Of a stretch of 64,000 nt of DNA, positions 1-7,763 are shown piece after piece. The stretch lies in NCBI GenBank assembly GCA_018830945.1, contig JAHJRD010000093.1, positions 14,495 through 78,494 on the forward strand, read 5' to 3'. Each line of letters begins with the position of its first letter. Position 1 is the first letter of the stretch. The notes below the pieces were generated by a model, which saw only the letters and a program-made list of their open reading frames with translations, searched no databases and had not been told where the DNA came from. The position numbers and the translations under genes are program-made. The DNA comes from Nanobdellota archaeon. GTDB lineage: Archaea; Nanobdellota; Nanobdellia; SCGC-AAA011-G17; GW2011-AR17.

Positions 1-132
1 AAAGCCTTTTTCAAGGATTTCCGCGATATCATCCATGTCAAGCCCGCACTGCATAATCTCCGTTGCCGCTTCTTTTGTCGGGACTATCGGCTTGCCTTTA
101 CATTTCGGATAAACATTATCAATATTCATGTA
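1..132 (-). CDS. hypothetical protein, N-terminal part only (gene continues past window start)
   Basis: Minus-strand ORF beginning with ATG near 132 (MNIDNVYPKCKGKPIVPTKEAATEIMQCGLDMDDIAEILEKGF...) and running off the left edge. Absent from the supplied ORF list only because it is truncated. Confidence 0.25.
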
Positions 133-317
133 TATCCTTAAATATAGATGTGTTTATCTATATAAAGTTAACGGAGATTCACCTGCCAGCCTAAAAGAAG
201 GCGGCTTATAGAGAAGCTTTCTGCTTATTCTTAAGCGCTTTAAGTGATTTAAAGTATGGCGGAGCCCGGCCTTCTTTAGGATAAGCTTTATATTCTCTGC
301 AATATTCCTTTCTATCC

Positions 318-1265
318 ATGAGATACTCAAAGCAAACCCTTGTAAAGCAGATTGGGGCTGAAAACCAGAAAAAGATTGAGGCTGCAAGAGTTGTTATTGT
401 TGGGGTTGGAGCAACTGGCAGCTCTTCTGCTGAGATGCTTGCCCGCGCAGGCGTTGGAAACTTAGTTCTTATTGACAGGGATATTGTTGAATTGACTAAT
501 TTGCAAAGGCAGTCCTTGTTTACAGAAGCGGATATTGGAAAGCCCAAGGCAATAGCTGCAAAAGAGGCATTGCAAAAGATTAACAGCAGTGTAAACATAA
601 CAGCTTTTCCTAATGATTTGGATTATGACAATGTTAACCTGCTTGAAGCTGACTTGATACTTGACTGCACTGATAACTTATTTACAAGGTTTTTGATTAA
701 TGATTATTGCAAGAAGAATAAAAAGCCGTGGATTTATTCAGCTGTTGTCGGGGTTCAAGGCATGACAATGAATTTCCTGCCTTCTTCAAAAGTTTGCTTT
801 AACTGCATGTTCTCCCTTGTTGAAGGCATTGAGACATGCGAGACAGCAGGCATATTAAACACAGTTCCGACTGCTGTTACTGCGCTGCAAGTTACTGAAG
901 CATTCAAGATTCTCACAGCACAGAAAGCTAGGAAAAAGCTTTTGCACATTGACCTGTGGAAAGGCGCATTTGAAGAAATCACAGTAAAAGCAGACAGGAA
1001 GTGCAAAGCATGTAAAGGTGAATATGAGTATCTTGACGGGAAAAAACAGGAGATTATAAAGTTTTGCGGCTCAAGCACATTCCAAATGAAAGGCAAGTTT
1101 GATTATGAAGAATTAAAAAGAAAGCTTAATATGGTTGGCAAGGTTGTTGACATGGGAATCTGCTTCAAGTTCAGCTCAATGATAATATTCCCTGACAGGG
1201 TCCTGATAAAAGCCCAGAATGAGCAGGACGCCAAGGTATTGTATTCGCAGGTTGTTGGGAATTAG
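318..1265 (+). CDS. ThiF/MoeB/UbaA-family E1-like adenylyltransferase
   Basis: Rossmann motif VVIVGVGATGS, the DRD..NLQRQ adenylation region, and two CxxC pairs (CFNC..., CKACKG) typical of the E1-like zinc site. About 100 aa of C-terminal extension with no rhodanese domain. Confidence 0.75.
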   Translation: MRYSKQTLVKQIGAENQKKIEAARVVIVGVGATGSSSAEMLARAGVGNLVLIDRDIVELTNLQRQSLFTEADIGKPKAIAAKEALQKINSSVNITAFPNDLDYDNVNLLEADLILDCTDNLFTRFLINDYCKKNKKPWIYSAVVGVQGMTMNFLPSSKVCFNCMFSLVEGIETCETAGILNTVPTAVTALQVTEAFKILTAQKARKKLLHIDLWKGAFEEITVKADRKCKACKGEYEYLDGKKQEIIKFCGSSTFQMKGKFDYEELKRKLNMVGKVVDMGICFKFSSMIIFPDRVLIKAQNEQDAKVLYSQVVGN

Positions 1266-1309
1266 TTGTCTTCTGATAGTTACCATAAAAAGTATCTTCT
1301 TCCCTGCTT

Positions 1310-1897
1310 TCATTCATCAGGCACTATGAATTGCCCTGTCTTCCCGTCAATCCCGATTACAGGGGCAATATACGGATTTGTTATCTTTCCTGTTTCATCC
1401 TTTCTCAAAGGATTTTCGGCATCAACAAGATAAGGATTGCCATTCCTGTACACTATATTAAAAGCGTGGGCGCCTGCTCCGACAACATCTTCCTCTTCAA
1501 AAACCCCGTTGATAAGGAATGATGCTCCCCCTTTCTGGGCAGACAACTGCACAAGCACTGCTTTCTCAAGGCATTCTCCCAGCTTTGCATTAAATGCCTC
1601 TGAAAAAGGGATTCTTGCCCTTCCATTGAATAAATTAAAGACCTTGCCCATTGAAGATTCAAGAGCCCTGTGCGCAGGGCCGTAAGGCACTGTACCAACT
1701 GGATAATCCCCTAACTGCTTGTAAATATCAGGATCATCAATCTCATAGGAAAGCCCCATGCTTTTTTGTACAACAGAGCCTTTTTGCAATTTGCTTATCA
1801 CAACCCTTGGATGTGACTCGGCAAGCTCTTCAAGGCGCTGCCTGATTTCATTTGGATTTTGGTTATTTGCTTCCATTTTCATTAAACCGCTTTTCAA
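1310..1897 (-). CDS. hypothetical protein (last gene of minus-strand cluster 3516->1310)
   Basis: 195-aa ORF with no motif I recognise and a single Cys. Co-directional with the transglutaminase-like and JAB-like ORFs upstream. Confidence 0.35.
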   Translation of the reverse strand: MKSGLMKMEANNQNPNEIRQRLEELAESHPRVVISKLQKGSVVQKSMGLSYEIDDPDIYKQLGDYPVGTVPYGPAHRALESSMGKVFNLFNGRARIPFSEAFNAKLGECLEKAVLVQLSAQKGGASFLINGVFEEEDVVGAGAHAFNIVYRNGNPYLVDAENPLRKDETGKITNPYIAPVIGIDGKTGQFIVPDE

Positions 1898-1977
1898 GAA
1901 GCTCAGGCAGATTCTCAGCAGATGCTGCCATTCTTAATAAGGTAGCACTTTTTTCCACAAGCAATTTTTTCACGCTT

Positions 1978-2598
1978 TCACTGCTCATCAGGCCTCCTGT
2001 AATCCCAATTAACTGCTTTCTCCATTCTTCCCACGTAATTCTGCGCAACATCAAGAATATACACTTCTCCGCCTGAGTTTGTGTACCTGCACCACGCGTG
2101 CCCGCCTTTGTCAGTATTCCTGTCAATGCTTATATTTCCGCTTACAAAGCCGTCTTTCCTGAATAATTCCAAAAGAGCTCCGCAAGCCAAAGCCATGTGC
2201 CTGCACACGCCAACCTGATTCTCAATAAAAAGGTCCAAAGCAATTTTGCCGTCTTTTCCGCAGCGCGCAAGCCTTACAATCGCATCAACTGCTTTCTCAT
2301 CGCAGGCAGTCATTGTTTCTTTTACTGTTTCATATACAGCCCTAAGCACCATGCATTTTACTATATCCTTTTCAGCAAGCCCCACAAGGGCTTTTTCCTT
2401 TGCCTTTTCATAGAGTTTTCTTATTGCAGGATATTTATCAGAATCAACAACAATCGCTTCTCTTTCTCCTGCGCCAAGATAAACACCTTTATCTATTGGA
2501 GAATCCCTGTGAATTATCTTTCTTCCTAAGTAGGATTCGCCTTCAAGCACGTCTTCAAGGCGCTTTTCTGAAAACATAGTCCTGCTCCAGTCTGCCAT
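1978..2598 (-). CDS. transglutaminase-like (papain-fold) cysteine protease domain protein
   Basis: Cys-His-Asp triad in TGase-core spacing and context: GVCRHMALACG ... GGHAWCRY ... YILDVAQ. Confidence 0.45.
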   Translation of the reverse strand: MADWSRTMFSEKRLEDVLEGESYLGRKIIHRDSPIDKGVYLGAGEREAIVVDSDKYPAIRKLYEKAKEKALVGLAEKDIVKCMVLRAVYETVKETMTACDEKAVDAIVRLARCGKDGKIALDLFIENQVGVCRHMALACGALLELFRKDGFVSGNISIDRNTDKGGHAWCRYTNSGGEVYILDVAQNYVGRMEKAVNWDYRRPDEQ

Positions 2599-2599
2599 A

Positions 2600-3133
2600 T
2601 TATAGCCCTCCGCCAGTAGCTCGGAAATTTTCCAAATTGCATCCCAACTCTCTTGCTATTCTGTGCAATTCTGTGTTTACATTACTGCTCCCCCGCTGGT
2701 ATCCCGAAAGGCTTTCAACAGTAACCAGCGACGGGTTGTCAATGCCATACAAAAGCTTTGTTTCAGGAGTAACCAGCATTCCTATATAATTCGCATCAAA
2801 CCCTATCTGCCGCCTAAACTCATCAATATCCTGCTGAGAGAAATTCCTTGCAAAATAATTGCCATGCTTCCTTATCGTCCCTATAGTATGCGTGTGAAAC
2901 ATTACATAGCGGTAGTCCGGGTTTCTCTCAAAAAATTCATTTGCAACTTCTACCCTGTCTGTTTGAGGCCTGACATGCCCTTCACTTCCTATGCCTAACA
3001 TGAAAAGCGAATCTATCGGGCAGTATTCTCCCCTTTGCCTGTAGAATAAAACGCCGTCAACCTCTTCTGACAGCAATGCAAGGTTATCCAGCCTTTTTTC
3101 AATATCCCTTGGTAATACCACTGTTCTTGCCAT
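2600..3133 (-). CDS. putative metal-dependent hydrolase, possibly JAB/MPN-like
   Basis: An upstream Glu, then HTH (MFHTHT), then a downstream SQQD (SxxD-like). The spacing between HxH and SxxD is longer than canonical JAMM, so the call is tentative. Confidence 0.3.
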   Translation of the reverse strand: MARTVVLPRDIEKRLDNLALLSEEVDGVLFYRQRGEYCPIDSLFMLGIGSEGHVRPQTDRVEVANEFFERNPDYRYVMFHTHTIGTIRKHGNYFARNFSQQDIDEFRRQIGFDANYIGMLVTPETKLLYGIDNPSLVTVESLSGYQRGSSNVNTELHRIARELGCNLENFRATGGGL

Positions 3134-3135
3134 TT

Positions 3136-3516
3136 TTATTCCCTGAATTCCGGTCCTGCATACGACCTTGTCAAATCAAAAGGACGTACAGCAAGCTTAA
3201 GCCTTATACTGCCGTCAGGCCTGTACATTGCTTCATAATGATTTCCCTCTGCATCTTCACAAAGAGTCTCATACATTCCATTGCCGTTAATGTCTTCTGC
3301 CCTTGGGCTGCAGTTTTCTAATAGATGTTCAGCCTGATCCAGAGGCACATACCCTGGCTCTGTTGGCCTTGATTGATTCATATTGCATGTAATTGCTGCA
3401 AGAACAGCAACCACTAAAGCAGGAAGCCCTACAGCAACTCCTTTTGCAATTCTTGCATCTCTCCTTTCCTGCTCTGCTCTTAAATCATGGTTGTATATGT
3501 TTCTTTTTCTGAACAT
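3136..3516 (-). CDS. membrane-anchored hypothetical protein
   Basis: One N-terminal TM helix (VAVGLPALVVAVLAAI) followed by a Cys-containing extracytoplasmic region. Preceded by GGAGG 5 nt upstream of the ATG. Confidence 0.4.
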   Translation of the reverse strand: MFRKRNIYNHDLRAEQERRDARIAKGVAVGLPALVVAVLAAITCNMNQSRPTEPGYVPLDQAEHLLENCSPRAEDINGNGMYETLCEDAEGNHYEAMYRPDGSIRLKLAVRPFDLTRSYAGPEFRE

Positions 3517-3518
3517 TT

Positions 3519-3692
3519 TTATTCCTCCTTCAACTGCGTTGATAGTCCTGAAAAAGAGGCCACAATCCCCCGCTCTTTCAGCTCTTTAAGGAAATGCTCA
3601 ACATTGTTTGCAAGCTGCTCAGGATTTGTCTTGTCTGTAATGTTTACGTCAATGCTGATTCTGCTTGGCTTGAATTGTTTTGTTTGTTCCAT
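3519..3692 (-). CDS. small hypothetical protein (57 aa, not in ORF list)
   Basis: ATG near 3692, protein MEQTKQFKPSRISIDVNITDKTNPEQLANNVEHFLKELKERGIVASFSGLSTQLKEE. The stop lies 2 nt before the start of the next gene, so the two are tightly coupled. Confidence 0.3.
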   Translation of the reverse strand: MEQTKQFKPSRISIDVNITDKTNPEQLANNVEHFLKELKERGIVASFSGLSTQLKEE

Positions 3693-3694
3693 TT

Positions 3695-4030
3695 TTAGTC
3701 CCTTTTAGATCTCCCCATCTCAACTTGGCTTTTATATCCAATGCTTGAAGCGTAATCCCCCACTATCTGCTCTACCACGCTCTGCGGAGCTATGTTTTCC
3801 AAAAATGCATTGCTTGCGCTCGCCCTAATCTGCCTGCAGCCTGGATCTATTTTTATCTGCCCAAAACCAAGAGTTTCATCAAGTATAATTTTGTCAAGCA
3901 TCATTTGTTTCTGTATTCTGGAAAGAGTGTCTCCAGCCCTCAGCTGCAGTCTTCCTGTATTGTCTTTTATAACAACAAATGTATAAAGGCCATCAGGAGG
4001 CATTTCCTGTAGATATGGTTTAGTTTCCAT
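3695..4030 (-). CDS. hypothetical protein
   Basis: Start moved to the internal ATG (METKPYLQ...), which is preceded by AAGAGGA. No recognisable domain. Confidence 0.4.
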   Translation of the reverse strand: METKPYLQEMPPDGLYTFVVIKDNTGRLQLRAGDTLSRIQKQMMLDKIILDETLGFGQIKIDPGCRQIRASASNAFLENIAPQSVVEQIVGDYASSIGYKSQVEMGRSKRD

Positions 4031-4138
4031 TTTATTTTCCTCTTTATTGTTCCCAAAGCACAGGGTATCCCTGCGCATCGTATTTTAGCATGTAAATATG
4101 CCCGTCAAGTCCTTTCTGGTTTTTGTCTTTTGCCATTT

Positions 4139-4594
4139 TTATTTGCCTCCGACTGCATCTTCAACATCATCAACAAGCCTTCCAGCAAGATTATGTGTTT
4201 CTGCAAGCAGAGCCCTTCTTTCCTGGGGTGGATTGCCGCAGCCTCTTGAGCTTGGCTTCGGCGAATGGTTCCCGCCTTCAACAACCCTTCCGCTCGTAGT
4301 AATTCTAATCTGCCTTCCGTAATTCGGCTGCACAACTATGATGTACTGCACGCCCTGCGGACTTGTATAATTCCCGCTCTTCGGCGCAAGAACATGCTCA
4401 GGCTTGACAGAATGTTCCAGCGTTCTGTTTCTTGAACGCCTTCTGCCCGGGTTCCGCTGGCTTCCTGAATGATTCTGCCCTGCAGCATCCATTGGCGCAT
4501 TGTAATTGTTTTCGTCTTTTCCGCAGCCGTACTTGCATCCTGTAGAAAGTGCAAGCGCGACCACAATTGGTGTTATATATCTTTCGTAGCTCAT
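4139..4594 (-). CDS. putative lipoprotein
   Basis: Start at MSYERYITPIVVALALSTGC with a lipobox-like LSTGC. Strong SD (GGAGGGG) upstream. Confidence 0.4.
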   Translation of the reverse strand: MSYERYITPIVVALALSTGCKYGCGKDENNYNAPMDAAGQNHSGSQRNPGRRRSRNRTLEHSVKPEHVLAPKSGNYTSPQGVQYIIVVQPNYGRQIRITTSGRVVEGGNHSPKPSSRGCGNPPQERRALLAETHNLAGRLVDDVEDAVGGK

Positions 4595-4595
4595 T

Positions 4596-4940
4596 TTACA
4601 TCCCCTCCTGCGTTGCAGGAATTCCATATATTCCGTTTTCATCGCATGACAGCTTTTGAAGGCTTCCGTCAGGCAGCCTCACGCTTGGGCCTCTTTCAGC
4701 AAACCCCTCGCATGTCAGCTCAAGCTTGTTCAGCTCAGCAATTTGCCTGGATTGTTCTCTGGATTCTTGCCCAGATAGAAGAAGACCGCCTGCACCAAGC
4801 CCTGCTATGAGTATAGTATAAGCTGCTGCTTTTCTAAATGGCATATACAGTTTGCCGCCAATAGAATACAATCCGTCCCTCTCTGGTGTTGCTACCTCTG
4901 TCTTCACTTCCGGCTTATCGCCCTTCTTGTTGGATTCCAT
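4596..4940 (-). CDS. membrane hypothetical protein
   Basis: Central TM helix (AAAYTILIAGLGAGGLLL). SD AGGAGGGG upstream. Confidence 0.4.
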   Translation of the reverse strand: MESNKKGDKPEVKTEVATPERDGLYSIGGKLYMPFRKAAAYTILIAGLGAGGLLLSGQESREQSRQIAELNKLELTCEGFAERGPSVRLPDGSLQKLSCDENGIYGIPATQEGM

Positions 4941-5009
4941 TTTTTACCCCCTCCTGTGTTTTGAGAGTCAGGAAAACTCTTATTTGTTACTATTTAGTGA
5001 TACTAACTA

Positions 5010-5130
5010 GTATATAAAACTTTCTGTGAAAAGTTGCAAAAGTGCCCTCTAATCGCCGTATAAACCCTGAAAACAAAGTTTTATAGGCTAATAAATCTCC
5101 CCTCGTAAAAGCTCCCTTGAAGAATAGGCC
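5010..5130. promoter_or_regulatory. upstream element family 1, copy A (contains palindrome CTTTCTGTGAAAAG)
   Basis: Similar to sequences at ~5570-5700, ~7571-7700 and ~39275-39400. Lies 5' of minus-strand gene 4596..4940. Confidence 0.3.
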
Positions 5131-5132
5131 AT

Positions 5133-5558
5133 CTAGCTTTCCACAATCTCTTTCAGCTTTTGTATAATCCACTTGAATTCAAGCTCATTCTGCTTAAGGT
5201 AATTGCCGCTTACATTAAATCCCCTGTAGCCTATATCGTGCCTTACCCTTCTTAATTCGTCAATTTTCATTGTTTCATATTCAAAATCCGGCGCGTGTTC
5301 CACAAGGTAAGAAATGAGGCATATATGGTTTGAGCAGTCAAATCCTTTTTTGTAAAGCAGGGCAAACATAATCTCCTTCATTATTTCGTAATACGCTTCA
5401 ACTTTAAGCGCTGAAAATTTAGAATCAATCTGCCTGTCCCAGAATTCAAAGCGCAGCATTGCCATGCTAATAAGATGGCTGGCGCGCTCTGCATCAGGCA
5501 CAATGCGTGCAACAGCACCCTGCTCAATGCATTCTTTCCAATTCATCAGTTTTTCCAT
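5133..5558 (-). CDS. HEPN domain protein (toxin-like partner of upstream MNT)
   Basis: All-helical ~140 aa with an R..H-type motif (ELRRVRHDIGY), immediately downstream of a nucleotidyltransferase gene. Confidence 0.6.
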   Translation of the reverse strand: MEKLMNWKECIEQGAVARIVPDAERASHLISMAMLRFEFWDRQIDSKFSALKVEAYYEIMKEIMFALLYKKGFDCSNHICLISYLVEHAPDFEYETMKIDELRRVRHDIGYRGFNVSGNYLKQNELEFKWIIQKLKEIVES

Positions 5559-5569
5559 CGGGAAATTGC

Positions 5570-5700
5570 TTGTAAAAGCCCTTAATAAAGCTTTTCCATA
5601 AAATTCCGCAAATATTTCAGCAAAGCTGGAAAAGTTTCAGCATTGGCGGAAAATCAGCGCAAATATCTACTGCTTTCTGAAAGATTTACAGCCTGTCTAA
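5570..5700. promoter_or_regulatory. upstream element family 1, copy C
   Basis: TTCCGC...GGCGGAAAAT inverted repeat plus CTGCTTTCTGAAAG palindrome. About 70% identical to copy D. Confidence 0.3.
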
Positions 5701-6222
5701 TTTCACAAAACCATATAAGATTATTCCGTTAAGCACATTGTTTTGCAGCGGCGAGGCGAGATTCCCTATTTCAGGCTCAAAAATAACGTGGATTTCCCTG
5801 CCCAATGATTTTTCAAATTTTGCCAAATCCAGCTTTGCTTCATGCGCTTCAACAAAAAGGTCTATATCGCTCCCTTTCCGGTAATCGCCTTTTGCGCAGC
5901 TTCCGTAAAGGATTATGCAAGAGGGCAGCGCTTTTTCCCATACATATTGTATTAGCCCTGACTGGCTTATCTGAAATACAATCTCATTCTTCTTATAAAA
6001 GAGGTAATGCTTGTTTTCAGTGTTTGCGCGGTACGTAGGATAAAGGGTTGTCTTGTTGATTGTTACAAGTTCAAGTTTAACAAAAGGAGTTATATGGTTA
6101 AGCACAGTCGCATGGTTCTGCTTCAGCCTCCTTGCTATTTCCCTTATGGAAAAGCCTGCATCAGGCTCTTCTATAAACAGCTTCAGCATCCTGTAGTCCG
6201 TATTTTCAAAAATCTTATGCAT
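5686..6222 (-). CDS. wHTH-fused minimal nucleotidyltransferase (MNT, Pol-beta superfamily)
   Basis: GS-x9-13-DxD motif (GSCAKGDYRKGSDIDL) with an N-terminal winged-helix region. Confidence 0.7.
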   Translation of the reverse strand: MHKIFENTDYRMLKLFIEEPDAGFSIREIARRLKQNHATVLNHITPFVKLELVTINKTTLYPTYRANTENKHYLFYKKNEIVFQISQSGLIQYVWEKALPSCIILYGSCAKGDYRKGSDIDLFVEAHEAKLDLAKFEKSLGREIHVIFEPEIGNLASPLQNNVLNGIILYGFVKLDRL

Positions 6223-6319
6223 TTTAATTGGTTAATAAAATAACCACCTGGTTAGAATAATAACCATAAGTTAATAAGCTTTGCGGAAGCTGCTTTCCCT
6301 CGTAAAAGCCGCCTTCCAA

Positions 6320-6859
6320 TTACTGCAACAGCCCCTCAACCTTGGTTATAAACTCATCCGCATCTGCAAACGCAGACAAAGCATTCTGCCTTGCAATAGC
6401 AGGAGTCGCATCATACTGCGCAGATTCCCTGTTTGTTTTTGCCTGCGCGAGCTTTGTTATCATCGCCTCGCTTAATGAATAAGCATTTGAAAGGCTGTGC
6501 AGGTGCTTTGCATCAAGCTTCTTCTTAAGCACATAGGCATGTTCAAGCACTGCAAGCGTTGCTGCATGGCTTCTTGACTTGAATGAGATATTTGCGAGAG
6601 CAGCCAGTGCAGAAACATACATTGAATAATAAGCTATTATGACAACCCAGTCGTATGCCTCAAAATCCGAAGGCATGCTTAACATTTCCTTAAAATCATC
6701 TTTATTGGAAATATCCATAAGAAAGGCAGCAAGCGCAAAATTCTTTCTTGCTTTCTTAAGGAAAGGCTGTTTCAGCCTTATGAATGAAACATCTTTTTCC
6801 AGCTGTTCTTTCTTGAAATATATGCTGATTCTTCTCTTGAGCATATATTCCTTTTTCAT
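6320..6859 (-). CDS. HEPN-like domain protein
   Basis: Helical ~180 aa overlapping the upstream MNT by 4 nt. Conserved YY..Y and R-x-S-A-Q-Y region. Confidence 0.5.
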   Translation of the reverse strand: MKKEYMLKRRISIYFKKEQLEKDVSFIRLKQPFLKKARKNFALAAFLMDISNKDDFKEMLSMPSDFEAYDWVVIIAYYSMYVSALAALANISFKSRSHAATLAVLEHAYVLKKKLDAKHLHSLSNAYSLSEAMITKLAQAKTNRESAQYDATPAIARQNALSAFADADEFITKVEGLLQ

Positions 6860-7488
6860 GCAGCCATCTCCCAGAAAAGCTCAAGCCCGTACAGCGGAAG
6901 CCCATACCCCTTTGCCTCTTTTCCTATGTTAAGCCCTTTTGAAGCAAGCATTTTCCTGAATTCAGCAATATCCGCAATGACAGGGCTTACCTTGATGCTA
7001 TGAGAATAGCGGAAACCAGCGCACTGCCTTTCAATCTCTGCCCTTAATTGCTTGTTTTGAATGCTGTCTATTATGAAAAGCAAATCCACATCTGAATCTT
7101 TTGCCGCACCCCCCCTTGCATAGCTGCCAAAAAGTATTATTGAGCGGATGCCTGTTTGAAGATGGTTTTCCATGTTTAGCATCAAATTTTCAGATATTCC
7201 TTTCAGCTTTACATTGCTTTTGAATAACTCCTCTTTCCTTGCAATATCCGCTTCCTGCAGGAAATGCCTTGCCTTTTCGCTTTTTAAGTTAATGAAGCAC
7301 TGCTTTGCCCTGCCGACTTCATTTATTGTTATTATGCCTTCCTTGTGCATTGCTGTCAAATGGTTGTATGCAGGCCTGTACCCTATTTTCAGTGTTCTTG
7401 CAATTTCCAGCATTGTCATCCCCTTATCCAGATTTTTCCTGAACAGCCTGATTATTTTAATTAATGTCTCCCTTCTCATATTATTCAC
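6856..7488 (-). CDS. wHTH-fused minimal nucleotidyltransferase (MNT)
   Basis: GSYARGGAAKDSDVDL motif with an N-terminal wHTH (LEIARTLKIGYRPAYNHL). Confidence 0.7.
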   Translation of the reverse strand: MNNMRRETLIKIIRLFRKNLDKGMTMLEIARTLKIGYRPAYNHLTAMHKEGIITINEVGRAKQCFINLKSEKARHFLQEADIARKEELFKSNVKLKGISENLMLNMENHLQTGIRSIILFGSYARGGAAKDSDVDLLFIIDSIQNKQLRAEIERQCAGFRYSHSIKVSPVIADIAEFRKMLASKGLNIGKEAKGYGLPLYGLELFWEMAA

Positions 7489-7570
7489 TTAATGAATAAT
7501 GTTATTCACTTTTATAAATGTTTGCTTTTTCAGGCTGACTTTTTTAATAACAGATAGTTATTTCTTAACT

Positions 7571-7700
7571 GCTTAATAAGGGTTTTCCCTGAATTTCCGC
7601 AAAATTTCCACCAAAACCGGAAACTCTTATGGCTAAAGCGGAAAAGCATAAGCAGAAGCCATGTTTCAGGCAGTGATTTCCAAAGTTTCTGAAAGCGAAT
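7571..7700. promoter_or_regulatory. upstream element family 1, copy D
   Basis: TTTCCGC...GCGGAAAA inverted repeat plus GTTTCTGAAAGCG. Lies 5' of the MNT gene that starts at 7488. Confidence 0.3.
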
Positions 7701-7763
7701 TTTGCTTCCCCTCGGAAAAGCCGCCCTCGCTTCAATCAATAAAATGTTTTATTTGCAATAGAA

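Noticed and set aside
154-598. Two minus-strand ORFs (77 and 130 aa) overlapping the ThiF gene start
   Set aside because: They lie antisense to or overlapping a well-supported E1-like gene and its upstream region. Their composition is low-complexity and there is no SD.
2600-3133. Confident JAB/MPN deubiquitinase call
   Set aside because: The HxH-to-SxxD spacing is about twice the canonical JAMM spacing, so it is kept only as a tentative hydrolase.
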